Positions 11,009-24,011 of a stretch of DNA of 64,000 nucleotides are shown here, piece after piece. This stretch comes from Squalus acanthias. Lineage: Eukaryota. Under the pieces are notes generated by a model, which ran no database searches, was not told the DNA's origin, and saw only the letters and a list, made by a program, of their open reading frames with translations. The position numbers and the translations under genes were made by a program. The first letter of the stretch is position 1. Every line of letters begins with the position of its first letter. The stretch spans positions 19,780,001 through 19,844,000 of the forward strand of contig CM059432.1 in assembly GCA_030390025.1 (NCBI GenBank). The letters are read 5' to 3'.

Positions 11009-11844
11009 AGATGCACAACTGTGTCATCATCTGTGTCATTTCTGTAACCACCCTCCAACATAAAGATACAAATTCTCTTCCTCCACCTCTTTCTAGGTTA
11101 ACAGATTATCATTTTAGGTAACAGCCAACGTGCTGGCCGTACATCTGTCAAATCGGTGGCAGGCATATTCATCTCCTCCCCCAGTGATTAGCAACAGAAG
11201 CATCACACAGCTGCCCAATATCACGGCACTGTTGCATTTCACAAAGGAGAAGTGCTATTGGTGGCAGCCATGTGGCCATCTGAGCAAGAGATCCCTGCAC
11301 CGCCTCTGAGATCACCGATTGCTCAGTCTCACCTACGCGTTTGATGCTACCTCCTCAAATCCACCATAATGTGCTAAACTGTTTGCATACGTCGGAGCTG
11401 TGAAGTGCTATCTTGTTCTGGGCTACCGGCTGTGTTGTCCTCGGCACACAAATGACAAGGTCTTGCAGGTACACAGCATTGAACGTGGTCACCAGCTCTT
11501 AACAGGCATGGTGCATTGCTGTCTTCTTTGGAGGCTGCCCTGGATGGGCAGACATCACAAGCCTCCTCCTTGCAGCATCTCATGCAGCAGCTGCTCCCAC
11601 TTCTCATCGATTAAACAGGATGTCCAGGTGCCAACCTGCTTCAATAGGAAACAGATTCCATTCCCGGCATTGACATTTATTTGGCCGCCACTGGTTTTTG
11701 CCCCATAAATCTTTGTAAAGGCTTTTTTAAAAATTAACATATTTACAGCCTTTCTACAGGAAGTAAAATCAATTTTGTAAGATTTAAACTGTTTTTGTTG
11801 TCATATATGTATCTATTTGTCTTTCAGTGGGCACATCCCACTTT

Positions 11845-13139
11845 TTGATAGATATTAACGACCTGGACTTGGGTATAGAGGGCATAATTTCAAAGTTTGC
11901 AGATGACACGAAATTCAAAAATGCAGTAAACAGTGAGGAGGATAGTAATAGGCCTCAGGAGGACATAGACAGACTGGTAAAATAGGCAGATAAAATTTAA
12001 TGCAGAGAAGTGTGAAGTGATTTTGGTAGGAAGAACGAGGAGAGGCAATCTACATCGGATTACATAGGATATACGGCACAGAAACAGGTCATTCGGTCCA
12101 ACCAGTCCATGCTGGCATTTATGCGTCACTCGAGCCTCCTCCCGTCTTTCCTCGTCTAACTCTATCAGCATAACCCTCTATTCCCTTTTCCCTCATTTGC
12201 TTATCTAGCCTCCCCTTAAATGCATCCATACTATTCGCTTCAACCACTCCCTGTGGTAGCGAGTTCCACATTCTCACCACTCTCTGGGTAAAGAAGTTGC
12301 TTCTGAATTCCCTGTTGGATTTCTTGGTGACGATCTTATATTGATGGCCTCTAGTTTTGCACTTCCCCACAAGTGGAAACACTCTTTCTGTATCTACTCT
12401 GTCAAAACCTTTCATAATTTTAAAGACCTCTATTAGGTCACCCCGGTACAATTTTAAAGGGTGTTCAGGAACAGAGACTCCTGGGGGTGTACATACACAA
12501 ATCTCTGAGGTGGCAGGGCAAGTTGGGAAGGCTGATAAAAAGGTATACAGGATCCTTGGCTTTATAAATAGGCATAGAGTACAAAAGCAAGGGAGTTGGG
12601 CTAAACCTCTAAAAAAAAACATTGGTTAGGCCCCAGCTGGACTATTGTGTCCAATTCTGGGCAGTACACTTTAGGAAGGATATCAAGGCCTTAGAGAGGA
12701 TGTCGAGATGATTTACTGGAATGGTGCCGGGGGTGAAAGACTTCAGTTATGTGGAGAGACTAGAGAAACTGGGATTGTTCTCTTTAGAGCAGAGAAGGTT
12801 AAGGGGAGATTTGATAGAGGTGTTCAAAATCAGGAACTGTTTTCAGAGAGTAAATAAGAAAAAACATTCCAGTGTTTTTAACTAAAGGCGACATGAGGAA
12901 AAAAAAATTTACGCAGCGATTTGTTGTGATCGGGACTGCACTGCCTGAAAGGGTGATGGAAACAGATTCAATAGTAACTTTTAAAAGGGAATTCGATAAA
13001 TACTTGAAGGGGAAAACAATTGCAGGCCTTATGAGGAAAGAGCAGGGGAATGGGACTAACTGGATCGCTCTTTCAAAGAGCCAGCACAGGCACTATGGGC
13101 CGAATGGCCTCCTTCTGTGCTGCATCATTCTATGATCCC
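11845..13139 (+). mobile_element. CR1 fragment interrupted by an antisense CR1 3' end
   Basis: DINDLD...KFADDTK region at 11845-12049 resumes at ~12445 and runs to a CR1 tail at ~13139. Confidence 0.8.
12050..12444 (-). mobile_element. CR1 3' fragment nested in CR1
   Basis: GDLIEVFKIMKGFDRV...FFTQRVVRMWNSLP on the - strand. Confidence 0.85.
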
Positions 13140-14142
13140 TTTAACTTAAACAGCAGCCCTTTAAGAGCTGTTGACATGCAATTTCCCTGTTCGACCCCCC
13201 TCTTTCCCAATTTCCCACTGGCCAGGGTTGCTCCAAATATTTAAATAGATCTGGCCCCAGAAGACCTGGCAGGGTCAAGCGTCCTCCATTCCGGTGGGAA
13301 CAAATCCTGCCGTGCTCCAATAGGGAAAATCTACCTCCATAAAGTTGGACAAGGAAGCGTGACACTAATAACGTTGAATGGTTTAGATAATGTCCTAAAC
13401 TGTGAGAGAAAAGTTTGCACTGTTTATTCGCAGCATTTCAGGTGCACTGCTGCCAGGAAACAGATGGCTATGGCCGGTATTCTCCACAACACGGGTTTCA
13501 AAGTGGCATCCATGGAGTCTAGAGGGTCTCCAAGGAATACAAGCAGTCAACAAGATCATGAGATTTGTAATCGAGCTGCAGCTGGGCATATCACGCGTCA
13601 CAGGAGCAGTGCTTCGGGAACTCTGCATTGTATAATTTTCTGTATTTATTAACTATCGAACATCTTTATACCACTAATAATAAAACAATTCTGAACTCAC
13701 AGTTTTTTTTTTCTGTTTATGTTGCCGCGACTGTCTTTTGAAAGTTAGGAGAAAGTCACAGAAAGTCACCAGCAATGAGTCAATATTTGCAGAGAGTCAC
13801 CCACACAGATTGAAAACCATTGTACAATATACACCGAAGTACTTAATATTTCATGAAAGTTGGTTGTAAAGTTCAGCACCATGTTCCTTGACTGCATCAA
13901 GTGATTCAAGCGGCCATAACTCACACTGCAGTAACAGGGGCTTTTATTATATTGCGCTGTGCATGCTCCATCCAGTCGCACCAGGCGTTGAGCGGCCTAA
14001 CCAGCGATCCTTAAAGGGACCACTGGAGGCTGCTCAAAAAATAGAATCCCGGGAAATATTCCGCTTGTACTTTTGTAGGCCCAGGAATGGCGTGAACGCT
14101 CCTCCTGAGCCAAGGAAAAAACCCCGGCCCATTTGCAGGCCC

Positions 14143-14623
14143 CGTTCACTGATTCCTGGGATGGCAGGACTGTCGTATGAGGAGAGATTGGGTCGACTAG
14201 GCCTGTATTCACTAGAGTTTAGAAGAATGAGAGGGGATCTCATTGAAACGTATAAAATTCTGACAGGGCTAGACAGACTGGATGCAGGGAGGATGTTTCC
14301 CCTGGCTGGGGGCTCTAGAACGAGGTGTCACAGTCTCAGGATATGGGGTAGGACATTTAGGACTGAGATAAGGAGAAATTTCTTCACTCAGAGGGTGGTA
14401 AACCTGTGGAATTCTCTACCACAGAAGGCTGTGGAGGCCAAGTCACTGAATATATTTACGAAGGAGATAGATAGATTTCTAGACACAAAAGGCGTCAAGG
14501 GGTATGAGGAGAAAGCGGGAGTATGGTATTGAGATAGAGGATCAGCTATGATCATATTGAATGGCGGAGCAGGCTCGAAGGGCCGAATGGCCTACTCCTG
14601 CTCCTATTTTTCTATGTTTCTAT
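14143..14623 (+). mobile_element. CR1 (HER1-like) 3' fragment
   Basis: LIPGMAGLSYEERLGRLGLYSLEFRRMRGDLIETYK...; tail TTCTATGTTTCTA. Confidence 0.9.
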
Positions 14624-15649
14624 CTCCCCCCCTACCCCACAGATCAGATCTGCCATAATAGGAGTTGGCAAAGTTCTTGCCCTCCCCGACCAGCAAACTG
14701 CTCATTTGGCACCATGCCGGCGAGATTTAAATGAGCCCCAAAGCCTAATTTTGCTCAGGCCTCAGGTTGGCTGTCGCTCTGTCGACTTTGCGCCTGTTTT
14801 GGGTGCAAGTCAAATTTCTCCCCCCAATAGTTCTCTTTTTCCAAGCAACTATGTGGTTCCCTATTAAAAGAGTTTTCCTGTGTCTGGTGCCTCCAGATCA
14901 GTCTAAATTGATCCCTCAATAAAATGAATAGAGCTGCTCTGGGACCCAGCAGTGACAACAATATAGCAGCTGTGGCATGAAAGAAAAAATAAGCAGCAGA
15001 CAACAGTTTGCGACAAATAATTCCACATTCTAACCCCACACTGTGTAAAGAAATTATTTCCAACCTCCCATTTAATTCTTATTATCTTAAATTTAGAAAA
15101 TTGTTACCATTTCGCTGACCAGCTTTGAATACATGCTCTTGTGTCTTGCGAATTCCTTGATGTGCCTTGAAACACATAATTGGTTATTTTAAATATAACG
15201 CACTAGAAATGTGTATGCGAAATCCATTTATGAATAAATGTCAGCAATTCTTAAATATATCCCTGCAAGCAGCCATCAAGAAAAGATTATAATGATCTGA
15301 CAACGTTCCCCACATTATAAACTGCAAATTATCATTAGATGATGGAATATATCCTCTCACTATCTCAAGCTGATTGCTGTTCTTTCAAAAAATATCTTCA
15401 ATTTCCAACTTTGCTGAGAAACACATTAACTGCAGTCCCAACTTCTGCTAACCATGAATGCTTCAGAGTTTAACACCTCATACACCCTTATTTACTGCAT
15501 TAACTTAGGGGAAGTAAGGAGGGCTTCTTTAAGAGAGTAACTGATCTCTCAATTACTCCACCTCACTGCAGCTTGCTGATCTAAGGACACAAGAAAAAGT
15601 CAAGACCAAGAAATGGCTATTTTCAGCTAATCACAGCTCATCCCCCTTA

Positions 15650-17800
15650 TGAGCAAACAACACCTGCATTTATATAGCGCCTTTAACGTACAAAAACGTC
15701 TCAAGGTGCTTCGCAGAAGTGTTAACAGACACAAATTGACAAACGTGGTGATGTTAGAAGGGTTGACTAAAAGCTTCATCAACGATGCAGGTTTTAAGGA
15801 TGGTCTTAAAGGAGGAGGGAGAGGTAGAGAGGTTTAGAGAGGGAATTTCAGATCGTAGGGCTGAGATCGCTGATGGCACGGCCGCCAAAGGGGAGGCGCA
15901 AGAAGTGGGGGATGCTCAAGAGGCCAGAGTTGGAGGAATGCAGAGTTCTTGAAAGGATGTAGACCTGGATTAGGTTACAGAGATAGGGAGGGGGTGAGGC
16001 CATGGAGGGGTTTGAACATGAAAATGAGAATATTAAAATCGAGGAGTTGGTGGACTGGGAGCCAGTAAGCATAGTTGAGTGGGACTTGATGCGAGTTAAG
16101 ATAAGGGCAGCAGAGTTTTGGATGAGTTCAAGTCGATGCAGGGTGGAATATGGGAGGCCTGCTAGGGGAGCATTGGCATAGTCGAGTTTGGAGGTAACAA
16201 AAGCATGGATGAGGGTTTCAACAGCAGATAAGCTGAGGCAGGGGTAGAGACAGGCGGTGTTAAGGAGGTGGAAGTAGGCGATCTTTGTGATGGAGAGGAT
16301 ATGGGGTTGAATCTGAGCTCAGGCTCAAATCAGATGTCAATGTTTCAAACAGTCTGGTTCAACCTGGGACAGTGGGCAGGGACGAGGATGGAATTGGTGG
16401 CCAGGGAACAGTTTGTGGCAGGGGCCGAAGACAATGGCTATGGTCTTCCCAATGTTTAATGGTCTTCCCAATGTTTAATTGGAGGAAACTGCAGCTCATT
16501 CAGGACTGAATCTCGGACAGGGCAACACGGTGGCATAGTGGTTAGCACTGGTGTCTCACAGCGCCAGGGACCCGGGTTCGAATCTGACGTCGGGTGACTG
16601 TCTGTGTGGAGTTTGCACATTCTCCCCGTGTCTGCGTGGGTTTCCTCCGGGTGCTCCGGTTTCCTCCCACAGTCCAAAAATGTGCGGGTTAGGTTGATTT
16701 GGCTATGATAAATTGACCCTTAGTGTTAGGGGGGATTAAATATGTGGGGTTACGGGGGTAGGGTGGGATATGTGTACTGTGGGGATTAAAGCAGGGACAG
16801 GGTACTGGATTTGGATGATCAGCCATGATCGTATTGAATGGTGGAACAGGCTCGATGGGCTGAATGGCCTACTCCTGCTCCTAGATTCTATGTTTCTATG
16901 TTTCTATGATCGTATTGAATGGTGGAGCAGGCTCGATGGGCTGAATGGCCTACTCCTGCTCCTAGATTCTATGTTTCTATGTTTCTAAGCAGTCAGACAG
17001 TACGGATGCAGTGGAGGGGTCAAGAGAGGTGGTGGTGAGGTAGAGCTGGGTATCATCAGTGTACATGTGGAACCATTGGATGATGTCGCATAGGGGCAGC
17101 CTGTAGATGAGAAACAGGAGGGGTCCAAGGATAGATTCTTGTGGGATTCCAGAGTAACGGTGCGGGGGTGGGTTGGGAAGTCATTACAGGAGATTTTCTG
17201 GCTACAACTGCGTAGGTAAGAGTCGAACCAGTTGAGGGCAGTCCCACTCAGCTGGACAGCGTAGGGGAGGCATTGGAGGAGCATGGTTAACTGTATTAAA
17301 GGCAGCTGACAGGTCTAGACAGATGAGGAGGATAGTGCACCCTGGTCACAGTAACAGTGGATGACTTTGATTAGGGCTGTTACAGTGCCGTGGCAGGGGT
17401 AGAAACCTGACTGGAGAGGTTGAAACATGGAGTTGGGGGAAAGGTGGGCACAGTTTTTGGGAGGCAACACGTTAAAGGACTTTGGAGAGGAAAGGGAGGT
17501 TGGAGATGGGGCACTAGTTTGCAAGGAGAGCGAACCGTTTACAGGGTCATGAAAAGAGAAGTAGGGTTGTCAGCAGTTTAGTGGAAATAACGTTGAGAAA
17601 GTAGGTGGTGGGTCTCATGGACAAGATGAGCTCAAAGTGGGCATGAGGGGACATCGGAAAAAAACTAGAGAAAGATATGGGTTCTGGGCTAGGGTAGGAG
17701 GGAAGCTTGGCTTGGTAGGCAAGGGGGAAGCTTGGCCTGGTGAGCATAGGGGATGAGGGGCGCGGCAGAGGCAACTGAATGGATAGTCCCAATCTTAGCA
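15650..17800 (-). mobile_element. Degraded L2-type LINE
   Basis: L2-like 3' end (CAACAAC...TTTATATAGCGCCTTT on +); decayed RT frames (LQSGFYPCHGTVTALIKV, ALNWFDSYL); homologous to 24012-24912. Confidence 0.75.
16520..16986 (+). mobile_element. HE1-like V-SINE with duplicated CR1-derived tail
   Basis: tRNA-like A/B boxes (TGGCATAGTGG, GGTTCGAATCT); V-domain GTGGAGTTTGCACATTCTCCCCGTGTCTGCGTGGGTTTCCTCCGGGTGCTCCGG; CR1-type tail present twice. Confidence 0.9.
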
Positions 17801-18059
17801 ACATATGAAAATAAGGCAGGAAAAGGCCAGCTGGTTCATTGGGCCTGTACCATTCCAACATGGTGAAAATTAAATGCATGATAAATCCTATCTCACCCCA
17901 CAACAGTGCAGACAGACAATCCCCTTGGTAACTCCAGGGAAGGAAAAGCTTCGCCAAACTGGGAAATTCCTCTCCCACCCCAAAGCAAGCTCCAGGAGAC
18001 CACTGTGACTGATATCACGACTCACCATTAATCCACTCAAGTGTGTCACATTGCTCTTG

Positions 18060-19130
18060 TTTATGTTGAAAGAAATTGGTCGGACACGGGTTCATTCCCC
18101 CCCCACTATGTCGAGCTCCACCTTTTTCATCAAAGGTCCTTGCACCCAAAAGTGTCTTTGTATCATCTGCAAACTTATGAATCATTTCCCTGATGCCTTC
18201 ATCCTGATCATTAATGAAAATGGTGAAGAGCAACAGACCTAATACACAAGCAAAATACTGCAATAAAGAGAGAAAATGCTGAAAATACTCAGCAGGTCGA
18301 GCAGCATCTGTGGAGAGAGAAACAGAGTTAACCTTTCAGGTCGATGACCTTTCATCAGAAAGACCTAATACTGACACTTGCAAGATTCCACTAGTGACTG
18401 GTCCCCACCCAAAACGACTACCATTAATAACTACCCTCTCTCTACATGAATGAAACCAATTCTATATGCAACCCAAGATCTGCCCACCAGTCCTACAAGA
18501 TGCAACCTTACATAGTAGCCATTTGTGCGGCACTTTATCAAAGGTTTTTTGACAATCTAGATTCATGATATCTCCTGGGCTTCCATCATCCACTGACTTT
18601 GTAAACCCCGTAAAAAGTTTAATCAAATTGGTGAGATAGGACCTCCTTTTCCAGAAGCCAGGCTGCAATTCCCTAATAGCCTTTTCTCTTTCAAGATGAT
18701 CGTACAACACATCACTAATTATACATTCTAGCAACTTGTCTGTAACTGAAATTAAACTAATGGGCCTATAGTTTCCTTGTTCTGACTGACTGCCCTTTTT
18801 AAATACAGAGCCATATGTGCATCTCTCCAGCACATGGGATCAATCTCAGACACAGTAAGCTGCTAAATATGAACCAGCGGTTTGCAAAGCAGAGTTCCCT
18901 AATTTCTTTCAGCACTTTAGGGTGAGTACGATCAGAGCCAGCAGCCCAATCTGCTTTAAGAGCTCTAATTTTAGACAGGACTATTTCCATAATCACTTCT
19001 ATGTATCCAATTTTAGGATCAACGCTATGCTGTAGCATTCATAACTCAGCGTCATCTTCAGTAGCGAAAGCTGATGCAAAGTAATCATTTTAAACCTCGG
19101 CCACATCTTGGAACTCCCCCCTTAGCTTGG
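18060..19130 (-). mobile_element. Old degraded CR1 RT fragment
   Basis: GNYRPISLISV..., LDCQKTFDKVPH, FINDQDEG...KFADDTK. Confidence 0.8.
18246..18360 (-). mobile_element. 115-bp Penelope family-2 pseudo-LTR insertion with hammerhead core (18326-18360)
   Basis: TSD AGACCTAATAC at 18235-18245 and 18361-18371; CUGAUGA-AAGGUC(AUC)GACCU-GAAA-G-GUU-AACU. Confidence 0.8.
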
Positions 19131-19675
19131 CTGATTCAGTTGAATCTAACAATGTTATTTTTAGCTCTAAGAAGTGATGTTAACACTCTGAAACATACTG
19201 GTACGATCACAAAAGGATGACTGTGTTTGGGGTGGCCAATGTAAGTATGACAACAGACAGAAGCATTGAAAAAGATTCAGAGAAGGGGGACAAATATGGC
19301 TCAAGGCTTTAGACTGCAGTGGTGTGAGGGCAAGCTGAGGGAGCCTAATCTGTTCTCATGTTTATAAAAAAAAAAAGGTCTCCTTATCTAAGTGTTTGAA
19401 ATGATCGTGGAAATAAATAGGGTCAATATATTATGTGTAAACCAAGCAAAATAGAACTTTGTACATGATAATAACCAAAGTGAGCCGTGGGCTAAACAGA
19501 ATTGAAAATGTAATTTCTTTGCAGTTGTAATTAACTTGAGGAATAGACTGCCAGCTAGTATTGTTAAAGCATTCGAAAACAACATAAAACAGTGAGCTGG
19601 ACTGAAAGAATGACGTTTTCTGGTTTACTAATTTGCATATTGTATTTTCTCACGTTGACCAAATAGTAGATAACA

Positions 19676-20813
19676 GAGATAAAAACAGAAAATGCTGGAA
19701 ATACTCAGCAGGTCAGGCAGCATCTGTCGAGAGAGAAACAGAGTTAACGTTTCAGGTCGATGACTCTTCGTCAGAACTGGAAAAAGTTGGAGATGTAAAA
19801 GACTTTTAAGCAAGTGTAGGGGCAGGGAGAGGGGGGAGGAGAGGAAAGAACAAAAGGGAAGGTCTGTGATAGGATGGAAGGCAGGAGTGATTAAGAGACA
19901 AAAGGGATGATGGTGCAAGGCAAAAGGAGATGGTAATGGGACAAGTTAAGAAACAAAAGATGACTCTAGATGAAGTGTAAATGGCAATGGCAGAATCATC
20001 AACAGCTGCCATGTGAAAAAAAATAGGGGCAGAGGTTATGGTCTGAAATTGTTGAACTCGATGTTGAGTCCAGAAGGCTGTAAAGTGCCTAATCGAAAGA
20101 TGAGGTGCTGTTCCTCGAGCTTACATTGAGCTTCATTGGAACAGTGTAAGAGGCCAAAGACGGAGAGATCAGAGTGGGAGTGGAGCGGAGAATTAAAGTG
20201 ACAGGCGACCGGAAGCTCGGGTCACCCTTACGGACTGAATGGAGGTGTTCCGCAAAGCGGTCACCCAATCTGCGTTTGGTCTCCCCAATGTAGAGGAGAC
20301 CGCATCGTGAGCAGTGAATACAGTATACTAAATTGCAAGAAGTACAAGTAAATCGCTGTTTCACCTGGAAGAAGTGTTTGGGGCCCTGGACAGTGGGAAG
20401 GGAGGAGGTAAAAGGGCAGGCGTTACATCTCCTGCGCTTGCACAGGAAGGTGCCGGGCGAAGGGGAAGGGGTGTTGGGGGTGATAGAGGAGTGGACCAGG
20501 GTGTCGCTGAGGGAGCAGTCCCTTCGGAATGCTGGGAGGGGAGGTGAGGGGAAGATGTGTTTGGTGGTGGGATCACGCTGGAGGTAGCGGAAATGGCGGA
20601 GGATGATCCGTTGAATGTGGAGGCTGGTGGGGTAAAAGGTGAGGACAAGGGGAACCCTATCGTGGTTCCGGGAGGGAGGGGTAGGGGTGAGAGCAGAAGT
20701 GTGGGAAATAGAATGGACACGGTCAAGGGCCGTGTCAACCACGGTACAGGGGAATCGTCAGAACAGATGCGGCGGAGACGGAGAAACTGGGAGAATGGAA
20801 TAGAGTCCTTACA
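19676..20813 (-). mobile_element. Penelope-like family 2, truncated: RT-thumb remnant, GIY-YIG and 3' pseudo-LTR
   Basis: ORF 20089-20742 RVPLVLTF...CKRRRCNAC...LVYCIHCSRCGLLYIGETKRRL; KDSIPFSQFLRLRRICS at ~20760-20810. Confidence 0.9.
19742..19778 (-). ncRNA. Minimal hammerhead ribozyme, Penelope family 2
   Basis: AGUU-CUGACGA-AGAGUC(AUC)GACCU-GAAA-C-GUU-AACU with palindromic AACGUU. Confidence 0.8.
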
Positions 20814-21567
20814 TCATTGTGAATATGATTTTATATACATGGGAAAGGCAAAGGTCCATGTTTGTTTCCCCCAATGTGATTCTTTATTGCAAAGCAGCAG
20901 CACGTTAAATGTCTCAAAACGTCATTGTGAAAGCCACAGGTCTGAGTATTCATTTTCATATAAAAAAAGAGATCATTTTTGATTTGCAGCTGGTTCAATT
21001 ACAGGTGTTTCAAGCAACCATCAATAGTCTAAATGGTCCAAAGTAACCAACAGCAAAACACATGTGGCTTTCTAATTCACTTCTGTGCCTAAGCGCTTCC
21101 TACTGCTGGGATTTACCAGGCCCCCTGGTGTATCTTGGAGTATAAAAGGGAGTTTAGAATGATTCTGCCTGATTATCCTGGCACGGCGCCAAGCAACAAT
21201 ACAAGTGTGAATAATCTGGTCTTCACATCACAACTTCAAAATAATTCCTAGAAAGTACCAGCTCTTCCATGCACTAAGGTATCAGAATCACTTGTATTTT
21301 TTTAAATTAATAAACATAGCTGAATAGCCAAAGGCCGACTACTGCAGACACCATTAAGGCTGAATGTAAGAAGAAAAGGTGAGGTAAGGAAGAAGTTGGC
21401 CAATGTCTAGCTTGTGTTTTAATAGTCTGAAGATTGGAGGTAGAAGGAAAAATAGAGGAAAGTAATGAGTTCTGTCATCTTGAAACAATACTTTGGCCTC
21501 ATCCAAATTGAACCATTTCACTCATTAACAGGAAATAAAAGACAGGCAAAATCTACTGAAAGATAAT

Positions 21568-22226
21568 GGCCCAAAATTTCCTGAAAACTTGGGCCAAAAA
21601 AATGGCGTAATGCCAATTTTTGGCGCAAAAGATCAAGGAAATTTAGGCAAAAGTGACTTATGTCCGTTTTTACACTATGCCCAAATTTCCTTGATTTTTT
21701 TTCTGTCAATTCCAGGAAGCCGCCGCAGAAACCAATTGCCACCATTAACGTAGCTCATTCCCCCATTCAAAAGTACCGCTCATGTTAATTTACTCTATTT
21801 CTGAATGGGTTGTAAATTTACGTCTAAAAAAAATGTAGGTGCAAGAGGACCCAAAGTCATATTTCTAGTGTTCAATTATTTTCTGTGATTTAAAAAAAAA
21901 TTCTCCTCATTCAGACCTAAATTGTATTTTCTGTTTCTTTGAATGCATTTTTATGGCATCAGATTGATGTCCATTAAAAACTGAAAAACTTCCACGATTA
22001 CATTTTCTTAAACACGCTGTGCCTAATGTGCAGAAATGGTTTGATGGCTTCAAACATTAATTTTCATACATAAAGAGGAATACGGCGTAAGTTCACCGCT
22101 TTCCTCAGGCCCCAATCGTTCACGCTGATTTCTACTTGTGTTACTTTGGCGTATATCGCCGACAGGGAGATCAATGTAAATTTTGGCGTAACTTGGCGGT
22201 TACGCCATTTCAGGAACTTTCAGACC
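21568..22226. mobile_element. Harbinger-type MITE
   Basis: Imperfect TIRs GGCCCAAAATTTCCTGAAA / TTTCAGGAACTTTCAGACC; flanks AAT/ATT. Confidence 0.65.
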
Positions 22227-23609
22227 ATTGTATTAGTCTTATCATCGTTATAATATTTGCATTATCAATGGTTTTAATTGGTTTAATCAGGTAGTGTGCT
22301 TTACCGTAATGTAATCAGTCCAATTTATTGAGTTTTTCTCTGCGGGCTTCACACTAACCTTAGGTATGTGAAAATATGAAGCTTGAGTTCATGCAGAATA
22401 GAGCTAGTTGTCTTTTAACCTAGCAGAAATGATAATATAACACAAAATGCACTATTTATACACAATGATTAAGGACATGAGTGTGTAATTTATAAAAGGC
22501 CATTTTGATTGCTGCATTATCCAGATCTCATTTCAAGAAATGATTTGATAGGGATTCCTTCTCAAACCTACACCTCTCAAATGACCTGGTGAATCAGGAA
22601 TTAATTCCACTCCCTCTCATCAGTGATCAGTCGCCAAAGATGTCAGTCTGTTGCACAAGTCAATGAGTCTCAGGATGACAATATTATTCCTTCAGTTCAG
22701 TTTAACTTGTGGCTTATTTAGCATTATAATCAGATCTTTTGATTATCCTAACCTAGTTTTTCACAAAACATCTCTTTACATCTACATTATTTATGCCCGC
22801 AAATATTTTTCAATGGATAATGTCCTCCACTATGTTTCATTTTTGCAACAAGAAGAGATTAGGCTTTCTAAGCTTCTCACCATAGGTCCATTATCTAAAT
22901 CCTGGAATTATCTGCTGCAATTTTCTGTTTATTTCCCTTAGTAAGGAGGGATCTTTCAGACCTTTCATGGTATGTGCTCAATCCTGTTGAGGTTAACCGG
23001 GTATTTACAACCCTGATCTTGATTTTGCAGTATTACTACGGTTGTGGTATTAAGATCCACTTAAATCTGTTAATAATAGCACCCCAATCATAAGTATGAG
23101 CAGTATTTTAAAAAGAATTCTCTATAAATATCTAATGGGAAGATTTCTTTTGTGCGCTGTGTAGTGAAATTGTAGTGAAACCTGTAAATTACGGACACCT
23201 AAGGGACTTGCATCAGGTGTCCGTTATTTGCAGGTGCCCTTGTATCTCCTGCAGAGTTTCTTCTATTTTTCGCCCTCACCTGGGATCGTGCCTAATTCTG
23301 GAGCCCTGCCAATGGGATCTGATTTCAGTTCATTTTTTGTTCGTTGGGTTTCCTAGTTCATTGCCATCCCCAGGGTCTTTTTCCGTTGAGGGAGGGATGT
23401 CCTGGGATCTGCTACATTAGCAGCCTCCACAGGGCGAGATGGCTGCTGTGGGGCCGGAGTGCCTGGGAGACCACAGCCAAATTGGGGGCGGGGATTAATG
23501 TCCTGCAGAGCCCTTTCTGGGACTTCGTCCCTCCATGTGCTGCAGCTACTAATGTTTGAAGTACTGGGGGGTAGGGTTGCCAAATCTGGGTCGAGTAATT
23601 CCTGAAGGT

Positions 23610-23715
23610 TTGATCATGTGATGTTCTGATCACATGACATCTGACTATGTGATTCCAGATCACGTGACGTCAGATCTCGTGACATCAGACCACGTAACGT
23701 CTGATCGCATGACAT
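23610..23715. repeat. 15-bp tandem repeat, 6-7 units (consensus CWGATCACGTGACRT)
   Basis: Units start at 23626, 23641, 23656, 23671, 23686 and 23701; preceded by TAGGGTTGCCA, a hAT-like terminus, at ~23572. Confidence 0.8.
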
Positions 23716-24011
23716 CTACAAAGCTTATTGGATTTACCTTATGAAGGTGGGGTCCCCTGTAGTTGAGGATCTTTATTTGTAGTTTCGTGCCAGCATCAAT
23801 TGTGTGAGAAGTTCCAAGAACCAGGAGGCCACCTGTGAGCAGGCAGAGGGGAAACCGAGGGCAGAGAAAAGGGGAAACCATTCACTCCATCTCTTCCCCC
23901 CAGCCCCCATTCCCCAGTGATCATTTCTCCCTGAGCCCCCATTTCTCAATCACCATTTCTCCCCCGAGCCCCATTCGCCAGTCTCCATCTCTCCCCTGAA
24001 CTCCCGTTCCC

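Noticed and set aside
11290..11700. Possible further decayed Harbinger Myb remnant on -
   Set aside because: Only faint resemblance (WEQLLHEML); too degraded to support
16520..16595. tRNA gene (also at ~61152)
   Set aside because: tRNA-derived SINE head followed by a V-domain and LINE tail; no complete cloverleaf
23610..23715. CRISPR-like array
   Set aside because: Contiguous 15-bp units with no spacers, in eukaryotic DNA
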